Assembly: GCF_008065095.1 (NCBI RefSeq)
Contig: NZ_CP042911.1
Location: 5,520,001-5,552,000 of the forward strand
DNA from: Gemmata obscuriglobus
GTDB lineage: Bacteria > Planctomycetota > Planctomycetia > Gemmatales > Gemmataceae
Direction of reading: 5' to 3'
Length of the DNA: 32,000 nt
Below are positions 1 through 7,686 of this stretch, piece after piece. The position numbers and the translations under genes are program-made. A model generated the notes under the pieces. The model did no database searches and was not told the origin of the DNA. It saw only the letters and a list, made by a program, of their open reading frames with translations. How positions within the stretch are numbered: position 1 is the first letter of the stretch; every line of letters begins with the position of its first letter.

Positions 1-739
1 CGTTGTCCAGCGCCGTCGAGCCGACGGGTCGGGGTGTGCGGAAATCGAGTTCGGGCGGCAACCCGACCTTCCGCCCGGTCGGCAGGTTGTTCTCCGCTTC
101 CCAAAGTGCGCCCGTGCCAGCCTGAAGCACGTAATCGGAAACGTCGGCGGCGTTGGCACCGGGAAGCACGAAGTACCCGTGATACCCCAACCCGAACGGG
201 AGCGGCGCGGCCCCGACGTTCTCAACCCGCGCGTCCACGCGGAGCCGATCCGCGTACAGCCGATAGGTGACCTGGAACTCGAAGTCCGACGGCCACCACG
301 GGAGCGCCTCCGGGAAATCCTTGGCGAGGTTGAACGCGCCGGTCAGCGCGGCGCATGTGTCGCCGCTGTCGTGACTAACGACTCGCCACCGGTTGCGCGG
401 GGTGAACCCGTGGATCGCGTGCAGTTTGCTCGATTCGTTCAGCGGGAGCTGGTACGTCTTCCCCTCGAAGGTGAACCGGCCGTCCCGCAGGCGCCCGGGG
501 AACGGGAACAGGATCGGCTGCCCGCTCCGAGTCGGCACCGGGTTGCTCTCCCAATCCGGCATGTGAAACAGGATGTCGGCCCAGTGTCCGTCGGGCTGCC
601 GCACCTGCCACTTCAGGCAGTTGAACCCCCACTGCGGCCACACCTCGGCGCGAACGGTGCTCGCGGCGTCGGTGAGTTCGTAAATCGTGCCGCTGCGGTC
701 GCCCGCCTTGCCCTCGGACGCGCGCACTTCAAAAGCCAT
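1..739 (-). CDS. aldose 1-epimerase (galactose mutarotase-like) family protein; 3' end lies outside the window
   Basis: Absent from the ORF track because its stop is outside the window. My reverse-complement translation from the ATG (complement of 737-739) reads MAFEVRASEGKAGDRSGTIYELTDAASTVRAEVWPQWGFNCLKWQVRQPDGHWADILFHMPDWESNPVPTRSGQPILFPFPGRLRDG... I translated 481-739 by hand without finding a stop. That it stays open to position 1 is inferred only from the track listing no ORF in this frame. The PILFPFPxR motif is typical of aldose-epimerase-fold proteins. Third codon positions are G/C-rich. Confidence 0.65.
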   Translation of the reverse strand, partial: MAFEVRASEGKAGDRSGTIYELTDAASTVRAEVWPQWGFNCLKWQVRQPDGHWADILFHMPDWESNPVPTRSGQPILFPFPGRLRDGRFTFEGKTYQLPLNESSKLHAIHGFTPRNRWRVVSHDSGDTCAALTGAFNLAKDFPEALPWWPSDFEFQVTYRLYADRLRVDARVENVGAAPLPFGLGYHGYFVLPGANAADVSDYVLQAGTGALWEAENNLPTGRKVGLPPELDFRTPRPVGSTALDN

Positions 740-822
740 GACGGACACCTTTTCTGATAATAAGGGGTAATTCGCGCGGGTGATTGTACCTCGAACCCGC
801 GACCGATTTCACGGAACATCCG

Positions 823-1875
823 ATGCCCACCTTCTCCCCGGCGGCACTCACCCAACTCTCGCAAACGCTGTTCGAGGCGGTCGGCGTTCCGACTACCGAC
901 GCCGCGACCGTGGCTCGCAGCCTCGTGGACGCCAACCTGTGCGGGCACGACTCGCATGGAGTCATGCGCGTCCCGCAGTACCTCGACTTCATCCGCAAAG
1001 GCACCTACAAGGCCGGCGCGCCGCTGACCGTACTCTCCGAAACGCCCGCGGTGGTCGCGGCCGATGCGGGTTGGGGGCTCGGACAGGTTCAAACGTACCG
1101 GCTCCTCGACAAGTTGGTGCCGAAGGCAAAGGCACTCGGGATCGCGGCCGGCACGCTCCGCAACTGCGGACACACGGGGCGACTCGGCGAGTACGCGGAG
1201 TTTGTCGCGAAGGAGAACTTTGCTCTCTTCGCGGCCGTTAACTCGCACGGCTCGGGGCGCCGCGTCGCCCCGCCCGGGGGCACCGAAGGACGCATCAGCA
1301 CCAACCCCATTTGCATGGGCACCCCGACTAGCACCGATCCCGTCGTAATCGACTTCGGCACCAGTTCCGTTGCGGAAGGAAAAGTGCGGGCGCAGTTCCA
1401 AAAGAAGGAGCCCGCCGGCGAGGGCTGGCTGATCGACCACACCGGCCAGCCGACCACCGACCCAAGCGTGCTATACAACGAGCCGCGCGGCGCGCTGCTC
1501 CCGTTCGGCGGCACGCAGGCGTACAAGGGCTTCGGGCTCGGACTGCTGCTCGACCTCCTGTGCGGCGGGCTATCCGGCGGGGCGTGCAGCAACCCGACGT
1601 TCCCGCTGGCGGGCCAAGGCAACGCGGCGGTGTTCGTGCTGTTCAACCCGGCACTGTTCGGCGGCGTCGAGCACTTCTTGAAGGAAACCGACGGACTGAC
1701 GGCATACGTTCGCTCGTGCCCGACGGCGGCCGGCGCCGGCACGATCACACTGCCGGGCGACCCCGAACGCACCGCGAAGGGCAAGCGCACTAAAGACGGC
1801 ATTCCGGTTCCCGATGGCACGTGGGAGCTGATCGCCAAATCGGCAGCGGAACTCAAAGTACCGCTGCCCGCGTAA
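823..1875 (+). CDS. Ldh family (malate/L-lactate dehydrogenase family 2, Ldh_2) oxidoreductase
   Basis: ORF 784..1875. I start it at the in-frame ATG at 823 (MPTFSPAALTQL...). The GHDSHGV motif, the NCGHTGRLGEY segment and the ~350 aa length fit the Ldh_2 family. Confidence 0.85.
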   Translation: MPTFSPAALTQLSQTLFEAVGVPTTDAATVARSLVDANLCGHDSHGVMRVPQYLDFIRKGTYKAGAPLTVLSETPAVVAADAGWGLGQVQTYRLLDKLVPKAKALGIAAGTLRNCGHTGRLGEYAEFVAKENFALFAAVNSHGSGRRVAPPGGTEGRISTNPICMGTPTSTDPVVIDFGTSSVAEGKVRAQFQKKEPAGEGWLIDHTGQPTTDPSVLYNEPRGALLPFGGTQAYKGFGLGLLLDLLCGGLSGGACSNPTFPLAGQGNAAVFVLFNPALFGGVEHFLKETDGLTAYVRSCPTAAGAGTITLPGDPERTAKGKRTKDGIPVPDGTWELIAKSAAELKVPLPA

Positions 1876-1907
1876 ACGCAACCTTCACGACACCGCAGAG
1901 GTACGCC

Positions 1908-1924
1908 GGAGCGAGAATCGCTCC
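1908..1924 (+). terminator. short hairpin GGAGCGA-gaa-TCGCTCC 33 nt after the Ldh_2 stop
   Basis: 7-bp perfect stem with a 3-nt loop, read directly. No U-tract follows, so this is a weak call. Confidence 0.3.
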
Positions 1925-2073
1925 CTAAATCTCGCTCCAGCGCCGGCGGCCGCCAAGGCACAAGTGACTTCACAAAAACACCTTATAGCATAATTCGCGA
2001 ATACCACCGCGGCTGATCGAGGCCAGCCGCGTGAGCGGCGTCCGGGGTTCGGAGCGTGGGATTCGTGGGTAGC

Positions 2074-2140
2074 TCCGTACCAGCGATTCACCAGTCCTTG
2101 ACCAGTTCCGGTACCAGCAAGTGTCCTGTCAGTCACCAGT
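2074..2140. repeat. degenerate ~11-bp tandem array carrying five ACCAG cores
   Basis: ACCAG occurs at 2079, 2090, 2101, 2113 and 2135, giving spacings of 11, 11, 12 and 22 nt. Copies 2 and 5 share TCACCAGTC. The 11-nt period is incompatible with coding. Confidence 0.6.
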
Positions 2141-2203
2141 CGGGTGCAACCGGTTCGGGACTGTAACCCCCGTTACACCGCCGCGCTACCGGCACCGACT
2201 GCC

Positions 2204-2324
2204 GTGGTGTATTGAGTGTGGCCCGCTCGCGGGGTTGCGAAGCGGCCAGTGCTGCGATTCGTAACCGCGATCTGATGCCCGAAGCACCGCTCGCGGAGCG
2301 AGCGGGCCACACTCAATACACCAC
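2204..2324. repeat. 121-bp unit bounded by perfect 27-bp inverted repeats (MITE-like or long stem-loop)
   Basis: GTGGTGTATTGAGTGTGGCCCGCTCGC at 2204-2230 is the exact reverse complement of 2298-2324, with a 67-nt spacer. It lies in a non-coding gap between convergent genes. Confidence 0.7.
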
Positions 2325-2357
2325 ACCGTTCTCGGTACGCGATCTTCGCCCACTACC

Positions 2358-2410
2358 TAACAGATGGCCCGCGGGCGGCGCAAGGTGCGCCGCCCGCGGG
2401 CCATCTGTTA
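2358..2410. terminator. perfect 25-bp stem with 3-nt loop; putative bidirectional terminator
   Basis: TAACAGATGGCCCGCGGGCGGCGCA-agg-TGCGCCGCCCGCGGGCCATCTGTTA. It sits between the convergent Ldh_2 and Gfo/Idh/MocA genes. Only TTT follows it on the + strand. Confidence 0.5.
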
Positions 2411-2460
2411 TTTCACCTCAAAACCCGCTTATACGCCGTATCCGGTAATACTGTCACTTC

Positions 2461-2497
2461 CTTGACGAGCCGCAACCGTCGGGAGCGGCTCGTCAAG
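2461..2497 (-). terminator. 13-bp stem hairpin 29 nt downstream of the Gfo/Idh/MocA stop
   Basis: CTTGACGAGCCGC-aaccgtcggga-GCGGCTCGTCAAG, a perfect stem read directly. Confidence 0.45.
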
Positions 2498-2525
2498 ACA
2501 GCGACACCGCAGGTAGGTTCATCTA

Positions 2526-3791
2526 TTAGGCGAGCTTGTACACGCCCGGCATCGGCACCGCCGGAGTCGCGATATCGCCCCACACATACTCCTTCGGCGC
2601 GAGGTTCTGCTTGGAGGCGAGCAGCTCCTCCCAGGTGAGTCGCTTGCCGGTGTACGCGGCCTCCCGCGCCAGGATCGCCAGCAGCGTGCTGTGGGCGGCG
2701 CTCTCGCCGTCGTTGATGTACTTACCCGAACGGATGCCCGCGAACAGTTCGTCGTGCTCCACCTGGTACATGCTCTTCGCGGCGGGGTCCTCGAAGGTCT
2801 GCGCCTGGCCCCCGAACGGCTGCACCGACCACTTCATCAACTGCGCGGCGCCCTTGGTGCCGACGACGTGGTCGTTCACGTCCCACGCGGTCCCGTCCAT
2901 CTGGCGGCAGAACGAGTGGACCTTCAGCCCGCCGGCGAACTCCAGGGTGGTGGCGAAGTGGTCGTAGATGTGGCCGAACTTCGGGTCGCGGCGCTGCTGC
3001 CGCCCGCCCACCCCGACCGCCGCCACCGGCGCCTTGCCGTTCAGCACCCAGTTCACCTTGTCGAAGTTGTGGCAGTGCTGCTCGACGATGAAGTCGCCCG
3101 ACAGCCAGGTGTAGTAGTACCAGTTGCGCATCTGGTACTCCATCGGGCTCCACTTCGGGTCGTTGCCGCGGTGCCACAGCGAGCCGGCGAGGTACGTGAT
3201 GTGGATCGACGACACGTCGCCGATGACGCCGTCGTGGACCCGCTTCACCGTCTCGCGCATCGGCTGGTAGTACCGCCAGCAGTACCCGGAGCACAGGCTC
3301 AGGTTCTTCTGCTTCGCGAGCCGGGCGGTCTCGATCACCGATTTGGCCCCGGTCACGTCCACCGCCACCGGCTTCTCGCAGAACACGTGCTTGCCGGCCT
3401 CGATCGCGGCCCGCAGGTGCAGCGGCCGGAACCCGGGGGGGGTGCAGAGCAGCACCACGTCCACACAATCGATCAGCTTCTTGTACCCGTCGAAGCCGTC
3501 GAATTTCCGGTCGGGGGTCACATCAATCTTCTTGGCGATGTCGGCGATCTTCGACATGTTGCCGAGGCTCTTCTCGAGCCGGTCCGGGAACGCGTCGCAC
3601 ATGGCGACGAGCTTCACGTTAGGGTCGGCGCGGAGGGCCTCCTTCGCCGCCCCGGTGCCGCGCTCGCCGCACCCGACGAGCCCGATCTTGAGCGTGTCGT
3701 TGCCAGCCGCGAACGCCCCCGGCAGCAGGGACGCGCTCGCCGCGGTTGCGGCGGTCGCCTGGAGGAAGGTGCGACGGGTCGTATCGGACAT
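2526..3791 (-). CDS. Gfo/Idh/MocA family oxidoreductase with Tat signal peptide
   Basis: ORF 2526..3860. I start it at the internal ATG (3791): MSDTTRRTFLQATAATAASASLLPGAFA is a twin-arginine signal. It is followed by a Rossmann motif (IGLVGCGERG) and the EKP motif (CEKPVAV) typical of the family. Confidence 0.85.
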   Translation of the reverse strand: MSDTTRRTFLQATAATAASASLLPGAFAAGNDTLKIGLVGCGERGTGAAKEALRADPNVKLVAMCDAFPDRLEKSLGNMSKIADIAKKIDVTPDRKFDGFDGYKKLIDCVDVVLLCTPPGFRPLHLRAAIEAGKHVFCEKPVAVDVTGAKSVIETARLAKQKNLSLCSGYCWRYYQPMRETVKRVHDGVIGDVSSIHITYLAGSLWHRGNDPKWSPMEYQMRNWYYYTWLSGDFIVEQHCHNFDKVNWVLNGKAPVAAVGVGGRQQRRDPKFGHIYDHFATTLEFAGGLKVHSFCRQMDGTAWDVNDHVVGTKGAAQLMKWSVQPFGGQAQTFEDPAAKSMYQVEHDELFAGIRSGKYINDGESAAHSTLLAILAREAAYTGKRLTWEELLASKQNLAPKEYVWGDIATPAVPMPGVYKLA

Positions 3792-4031
3792 TTGCAGCCT
3801 CGTGACGGGGTCGTGTGGGGCAGGAGTGTTATTGTGCGCGCAGAGACGCTGAAATGCCACCAGAAATGATCCGTGGGGTCCCTCTTTACCTGTTGGTTAG
3901 ACCGGTCTTTTAAGGGACGCTCCAGAAAGACCGCGAGACCTGAAGCCCACTCAATGATGGAAGTCGCAGGGGCAGTACCGGAAGAGTCACAGATTTCCCG
4001 CGGTCGCCAATTGTAAAGCACGGCAAGGTAC

Positions 4032-4466
4032 TCACCCCGTGGACAGCGCGAGCTGACACAGGTCGTCGAACTCCGGGGTCAGCACGGGCACCTCGTTCCG
4101 CAGTTCCACCAAGAACCGCCTCTCCGCGTCGTCGACCCCTCCGCCGCTGTAGAGCATCCGCAGCAGCAGGAACTGCTCGTGGTGGGAGATCGTCCCGTCG
4201 GCCAGCAGATACTTCTTGAACGCCGGGAAGAAGAGTTCGTCGAACGCGGCGCACGACGAGCGGGCCTCGCTCCGTAACTCGGTGAGGGCCAGCAGGTCGT
4301 CCGAATCAAGCCGGCCGTCGGCCAGGTGCTCGCGGATGAGGGCCACGTCGACATCGCAGATGTGCAGGTCGTGGCCTTCGGACAGGATCTGAGATTTCAG
4401 CTCTCGCAGCGAACTCACGGCCGCCTCCAGGGTTGTGGTGTCATTTAGTTCGCTCACGACGCCCAA
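4032..4466 (-). CDS. hypothetical protein, possibly TerB-like (two ADG-containing helical repeats)
   Basis: 144-aa ORF with strongly G/C-biased third positions. It has two repeats of the type L(A)DG-x-(L/I)-x4-(L/F)LxL (HLADGRLDSDDLLAL, LLADGTISHHEQFLLL), reminiscent of TerB domains. The start codon (TTG at 4466 or a nearby GTG) is uncertain. Confidence 0.6.
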   Translation of the reverse strand: MGVVSELNDTTTLEAAVSSLRELKSQILSEGHDLHICDVDVALIREHLADGRLDSDDLLALTELRSEARSSCAAFDELFFPAFKKYLLADGTISHHEQFLLLRMLYSGGGVDDAERRFLVELRNEVPVLTPEFDDLCQLALSTG

Positions 4467-4647
4467 AATCTACTGAGGAAAGTGACGGTCTCGGACCGCT
4501 TTCTGCTGCGCGCTTCTTGTAGTTAGCGCGATCCGGTTGCGTATGCGGTGGCGCGCCCGTCCTCCTCCGCTCGCGCAATGACTGCGACGGGAGGAAGGAC
4601 CACGAGCCGATACAAGCGCTTTTGGCCCAGAACTCGAAGGAGCGAAC

Positions 4648-5148
4648 ATGCTGATCTCAGAACAGATGGTGCCGGAATTCACCCGCGAGACGGCCGTCAC
4701 ACGGAAGCTGCTCGCCCGAGTGCCGGACGACAAGGTGGACTGGTCGCCGGGGATTGGGCTCCGAAGCATTGGGTGGAACGCGAGCCACCTCGCCGAGATC
4801 GCCGGGTGGATACCGTTCGTCCTCCAGCAACCCAAATTGGACATCGCCCCGTTCGGGGGCGAGGCGGTTCCGCAGCCAGATAAGAAGGACGTGACCGAAC
4901 TCCTGAAGCACTTCGATCAGAACGTTGCCACGTCGCTGGCCGCGCTGAAAGGAGTGACGGATACGGTGATGGCCGAGACGTGGACGATGAAGGCGGGCGG
5001 ACACGTGCTCTTCAGCATGACGAAGGGCGACTGTCTGCGGAAGTGGGTGCTCAGCCACACGGCTCACCACCGTGGTATTCTGTCCGCCTACCTGCGCATG
5101 GGCGGGGTGCCACACGACTCGATCGACGAGAGCGACTGGACCGAGTAG
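4648..5148 (+). CDS. DinB family protein (DinB/YfiT-like four-helix bundle)
   Basis: ATG at 4648 preceded by AAGGAG. The 166-aa length and the WN-x-SH-x-AE and SHT-x-HHRG segments fit DinB-superfamily proteins. Confidence 0.8.
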   Translation: MLISEQMVPEFTRETAVTRKLLARVPDDKVDWSPGIGLRSIGWNASHLAEIAGWIPFVLQQPKLDIAPFGGEAVPQPDKKDVTELLKHFDQNVATSLAALKGVTDTVMAETWTMKAGGHVLFSMTKGDCLRKWVLSHTAHHRGILSAYLRMGGVPHDSIDESDWTE

Positions 5149-5243
5149 CGTCCGGCGCGTTGGCACCGAGTTTGCTTTCACATCGTTCAGTTCAGGGCCA
5201 CTCGTTCCGGTGGCCCAACATCACTCCAACACGGAAGAAAGCC

Positions 5244-5465
5244 ATGCGCGCATTCGGCATCGTGCTCATCGTCGTCGGCATTCTCGCTCTGGCCGTTCCG
5301 AGCTTCACGTTCTTCACCACCGAGCGTGCCGTCGATACCAGCTTCCTGACCATCGACACCAAGAAGCCGCACACGATCGTGCTGAACCCGATCGTTGGGG
5401 TGGTGGCCGCCGTCGCCGGCATCGCCTTGGTGTTCGCTGGGAGCCGCAAGACCGGCGCCGTGTGA
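5244..5465 (+). CDS. small (73 aa) two-TM membrane protein, hypothetical
   Basis: Internal ATG of ORF 4980..5465. The product is MRAFGIVLIVVGILALAVPSFTFF...IVGVVAAVAGIALVFAGSRK, two hydrophobic helices around a polar loop. Third codon positions are G/C-rich. Confidence 0.6.
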   Translation: MRAFGIVLIVVGILALAVPSFTFFTTERAVDTSFLTIDTKKPHTIVLNPIVGVVAAVAGIALVFAGSRKTGAV

Positions 5466-5904
5466 GACATGAACCCGGCGAGGCGGTCCGTTCCGTGATA
5501 AGGCGGGACAACGAGGGGCGGGATACCGACCCCGCTTTCTTGTCCTCCCGCCTCGTCAGAACAGCGACACTCGCGGCGGGTTAATGCACGATCAATCTCT
5601 CCCCGGCGGGGCATTGAACAAGTGCCCCGCTGCTTGCACGTTATCCCACATCATTTTCCAGATCCCACGAATCCCAACACCACAAATCTCCCTCTCAAGG
5701 CCGAGCGCCTTCATCACGGCGGCGTGAATACCTCGTCCCGTCATGTCCCACCGCAGAACCGCTTCCCCCTATGGGGTCGGCCTTCAACGATGTGAAATTG
5801 TCTGCACCTCAGTAGGTGACCGTGGTTGCGCTGCGTTCGGACGCCGATCGGCCCCGACGGCCGGGTGACCGGGTTGGTGCCCCGATCACTCGGCGCGGTG
5901 CCGG

Positions 5905-7404
5905 TTACGCGATCAGTTCCTTGATGACGTGCGCCTTCTCCACACCGATGAGCTTCTGATCCAGCCCTTGGAAACGGTAGCTGAACTTGTCGCAGTCGAG
6001 GCCCAGCAGGCGCAGGATCGTGGCGTGCAGGTCGCGCACGTGGACCGGGTCCTTGACGATGTTGTAGCTGAAGTCGTCCGTCTCCCCGTAGATGGTGCCG
6101 CCCTTCGTCCCGCCGCCGGCCATCCACATTGTGAAGCACCGCGGGTGGTGGTCCCGGCCGTAGTTCGTCTTCCCTTCCTTGTCCTTGGTGATCCCGCCCT
6201 GGCTGTAGATGGTGCGGCCGAACTCGCCGCCCCAGATGATGAGCGTGTTGTCGAACAGCCCCAGCCGCTTGAGGTCCTGAACGAGCCCCCAGCACGGCTG
6301 GTCCACGTCCGCGCACTGGTCCTTCATCCGCCCGGCCAGGTTGCCGTGGTGGTCCCAGTTGTTGTGGTACACCTGCACGAACCGCACCCCGCGCTCCACC
6401 AGCCGCCGCGCGGTGAGCGCGGTGTGGGCGAAGCTGCCCTGCTTCTTCACCTCGGGACCGTACAGCCCCAGCACCTTCTCCGACTCCTTCGACAGGTCGG
6501 CCAGTTCCGGCACGCTGGACTGCATCCGGTACGCCATCTCGTACTGCGCGATGCGGGTCTTCGTCTCCGGGTCGTTGAGCAGCCCGTGGTTGAGTTCGTT
6601 GAGCTTGCTCAGGCCGTCGAGGGTGGTGCGCCGCACGTCCGCGGTGACGCCCGGCGGGTTGTTGATGAACAGGATCGGGTCGTTGGCGGCGCGGAAGCTC
6701 ACCGCCGCGTGCTCGCCCGGAAGGTACCCGGACTGCCACAGCCGGGCCGAGATCGCCTGCACCTGGTCCTGGTTGGTGGGCTTGGCCACCATGACCACGA
6801 ACGTGGGGAGGTTCTGGTTGAGCGAGCCGAGGCCGTAGCTGGCCCACGCGCCGAGGCACGGCCGGCCCGTCACCATGTTGCCCGTCTGCATGTGGGTGAT
6901 GGCGGGTTCGTGGTTGATCGCCTCCGTGTGCATGGAGCGGACGAACACGAGGTCGTCGGCCATCTTCGCGGTGTACGGGAGCAACTCGTCGTTCATCCAC
7001 ATTCCGCACTGGCCCTTTTGCTTGAACCGGTAGCGGCTGGGCGCGATGGGGAAGCGGGCCTGCCCGCTGGTCATGGTGGTGAGCCGCTGGCCCTTGCGGA
7101 TGCTCTCGGGCAGGTCCTTGTCGTAGTACTCCTGCATCTTGGGCTTGTAGTCGTAGAGGTCCATCTGCGACGGGCCGCCGACCATGTGGAAGTAGATGAC
7201 GTTCTTGCACTTGGTCGGGAAGTGCGTGTGCGGCAGCGCCGCGCCCGCCCCCGTGGCGGTGTCCGCGCCCTTGCGCGGCGTCGGGGCGACTTCGGCGGCA
7301 CCGGCGAGGCTGGCGAGCGCCATCGAGCCGACCGACAGCCCGGCGGACGCGAAGAAGTGCCGGCGGGTGAGGTCGAGGGCGTGCGGGTGATTGAAGAGGT
7401 TCAT
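5905..7404 (-). CDS. DUF1501 domain protein (sulfatase-like fold) with Tat signal
   Basis: 499-aa ORF. The N-terminus LTRRHFFASAGLSVGSMALASLAGA is a twin-arginine signal. The body (GGPSQMDLYDYKP..., HNNWDHH, GGEFGRT, GRDHHP) matches the planctomycete DUF1501 family that normally partners PSD1 proteins. Confidence 0.9.
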   Translation of the reverse strand: MNLFNHPHALDLTRRHFFASAGLSVGSMALASLAGAAEVAPTPRKGADTATGAGAALPHTHFPTKCKNVIYFHMVGGPSQMDLYDYKPKMQEYYDKDLPESIRKGQRLTTMTSGQARFPIAPSRYRFKQKGQCGMWMNDELLPYTAKMADDLVFVRSMHTEAINHEPAITHMQTGNMVTGRPCLGAWASYGLGSLNQNLPTFVVMVAKPTNQDQVQAISARLWQSGYLPGEHAAVSFRAANDPILFINNPPGVTADVRRTTLDGLSKLNELNHGLLNDPETKTRIAQYEMAYRMQSSVPELADLSKESEKVLGLYGPEVKKQGSFAHTALTARRLVERGVRFVQVYHNNWDHHGNLAGRMKDQCADVDQPCWGLVQDLKRLGLFDNTLIIWGGEFGRTIYSQGGITKDKEGKTNYGRDHHPRCFTMWMAGGGTKGGTIYGETDDFSYNIVKDPVHVRDLHATILRLLGLDCDKFSYRFQGLDQKLIGVEKAHVIKELIA

Positions 7405-7493
7405 TGCGATCTCGTCGGTTGGTGTTCGGGTTCACGCAACGGCGCCCGGAATCCGGCACCGCACTACGAGCAAGTTGTTTCGTGTTCCGGCAG

Positions 7494-7682
7494 GGCCGCA
7501 CAGGGCGGAAGCCCTGTGCTACGCCCGCCGGCCCCTCCGGGGCGGAAAACAAGGGAAAAGGCGAAAGTGTAAAGGCAACAGCTCTGCATCCTTTTTGCCT
7601 TTTGACTTTGCTCTTTTGCCTTGGTCTTTAGCACCCCGGAGGGGTCGCCGGACGTAGCACAGGGCGGAAGCCCTGTGCGGCC
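7494..7682. repeat. 189-bp compound palindrome with A/T-rich core in the PSD1-DUF1501 intergenic spacer
   Basis: The left arm (from 7494) and the reverse complement of the right arm (to 7682) align over about 85 nt. Each arm holds GCACAGGGC-GGAA-GCCCTGTGC (7498-7519 and 7657-7678, identical as a direct repeat) plus a CCCC-TCC-GGGG mini-palindrome. The centre lies near 7578-7592. Confidence 0.75.
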
Positions 7683-7686
7683 GGCA

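Noticed and set aside
2060-2140. tRNA-like start (GGGTAGCTCC) near 2068
   Set aside because: There is no T-arm consensus (GGTTCGAATCC-like), and no acceptor-stem complementarity or cloverleaf could be drawn. The segment is the ACCAG tandem array.
2212-2448. 78-aa ORF in the 1876-2525 gap
   Set aside because: It is made almost entirely of the two arms of the 27-bp inverted repeat and the 25-bp palindrome, and no RBS or motif is visible. The region is better explained as structured non-coding DNA.
2691-3869. ORFs 2691..3869 (+), 2722..3468 (-) and 3343..3852 (+) overlapping the Gfo/Idh/MocA gene
   Set aside because: They are antisense or off-frame to an ORF with Rossmann and EKP motifs, and their composition is typical of spurious high-G+C ORFs.
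5592-5744. 50-aa minus-strand ORF (MTGRGIHAAVMKALGLEREICGVGIRGIWKMMWDNV...) in a lower-G+C patch downstream of the DUF1501 gene, considered as a gene or a transposase remnant
   Set aside because: It is too short, its third-position G+C is clearly lower than in real genes here, there is no RBS, and I recognise no family. It is left unannotated, though a BLASTX would settle it.
5741-7572. Long ORFs 5741..7552 (-, 603 aa) and 5929..7572 (+, 547 aa) overlapping the DUF1501 gene
   Set aside because: They are off-frame or antisense to an ORF with clear DUF1501 motifs and a Tat signal. Their translations are Arg/Pro/Gly/Ala-rich with no recognisable motifs, the usual artefact of about 67% G+C DNA.
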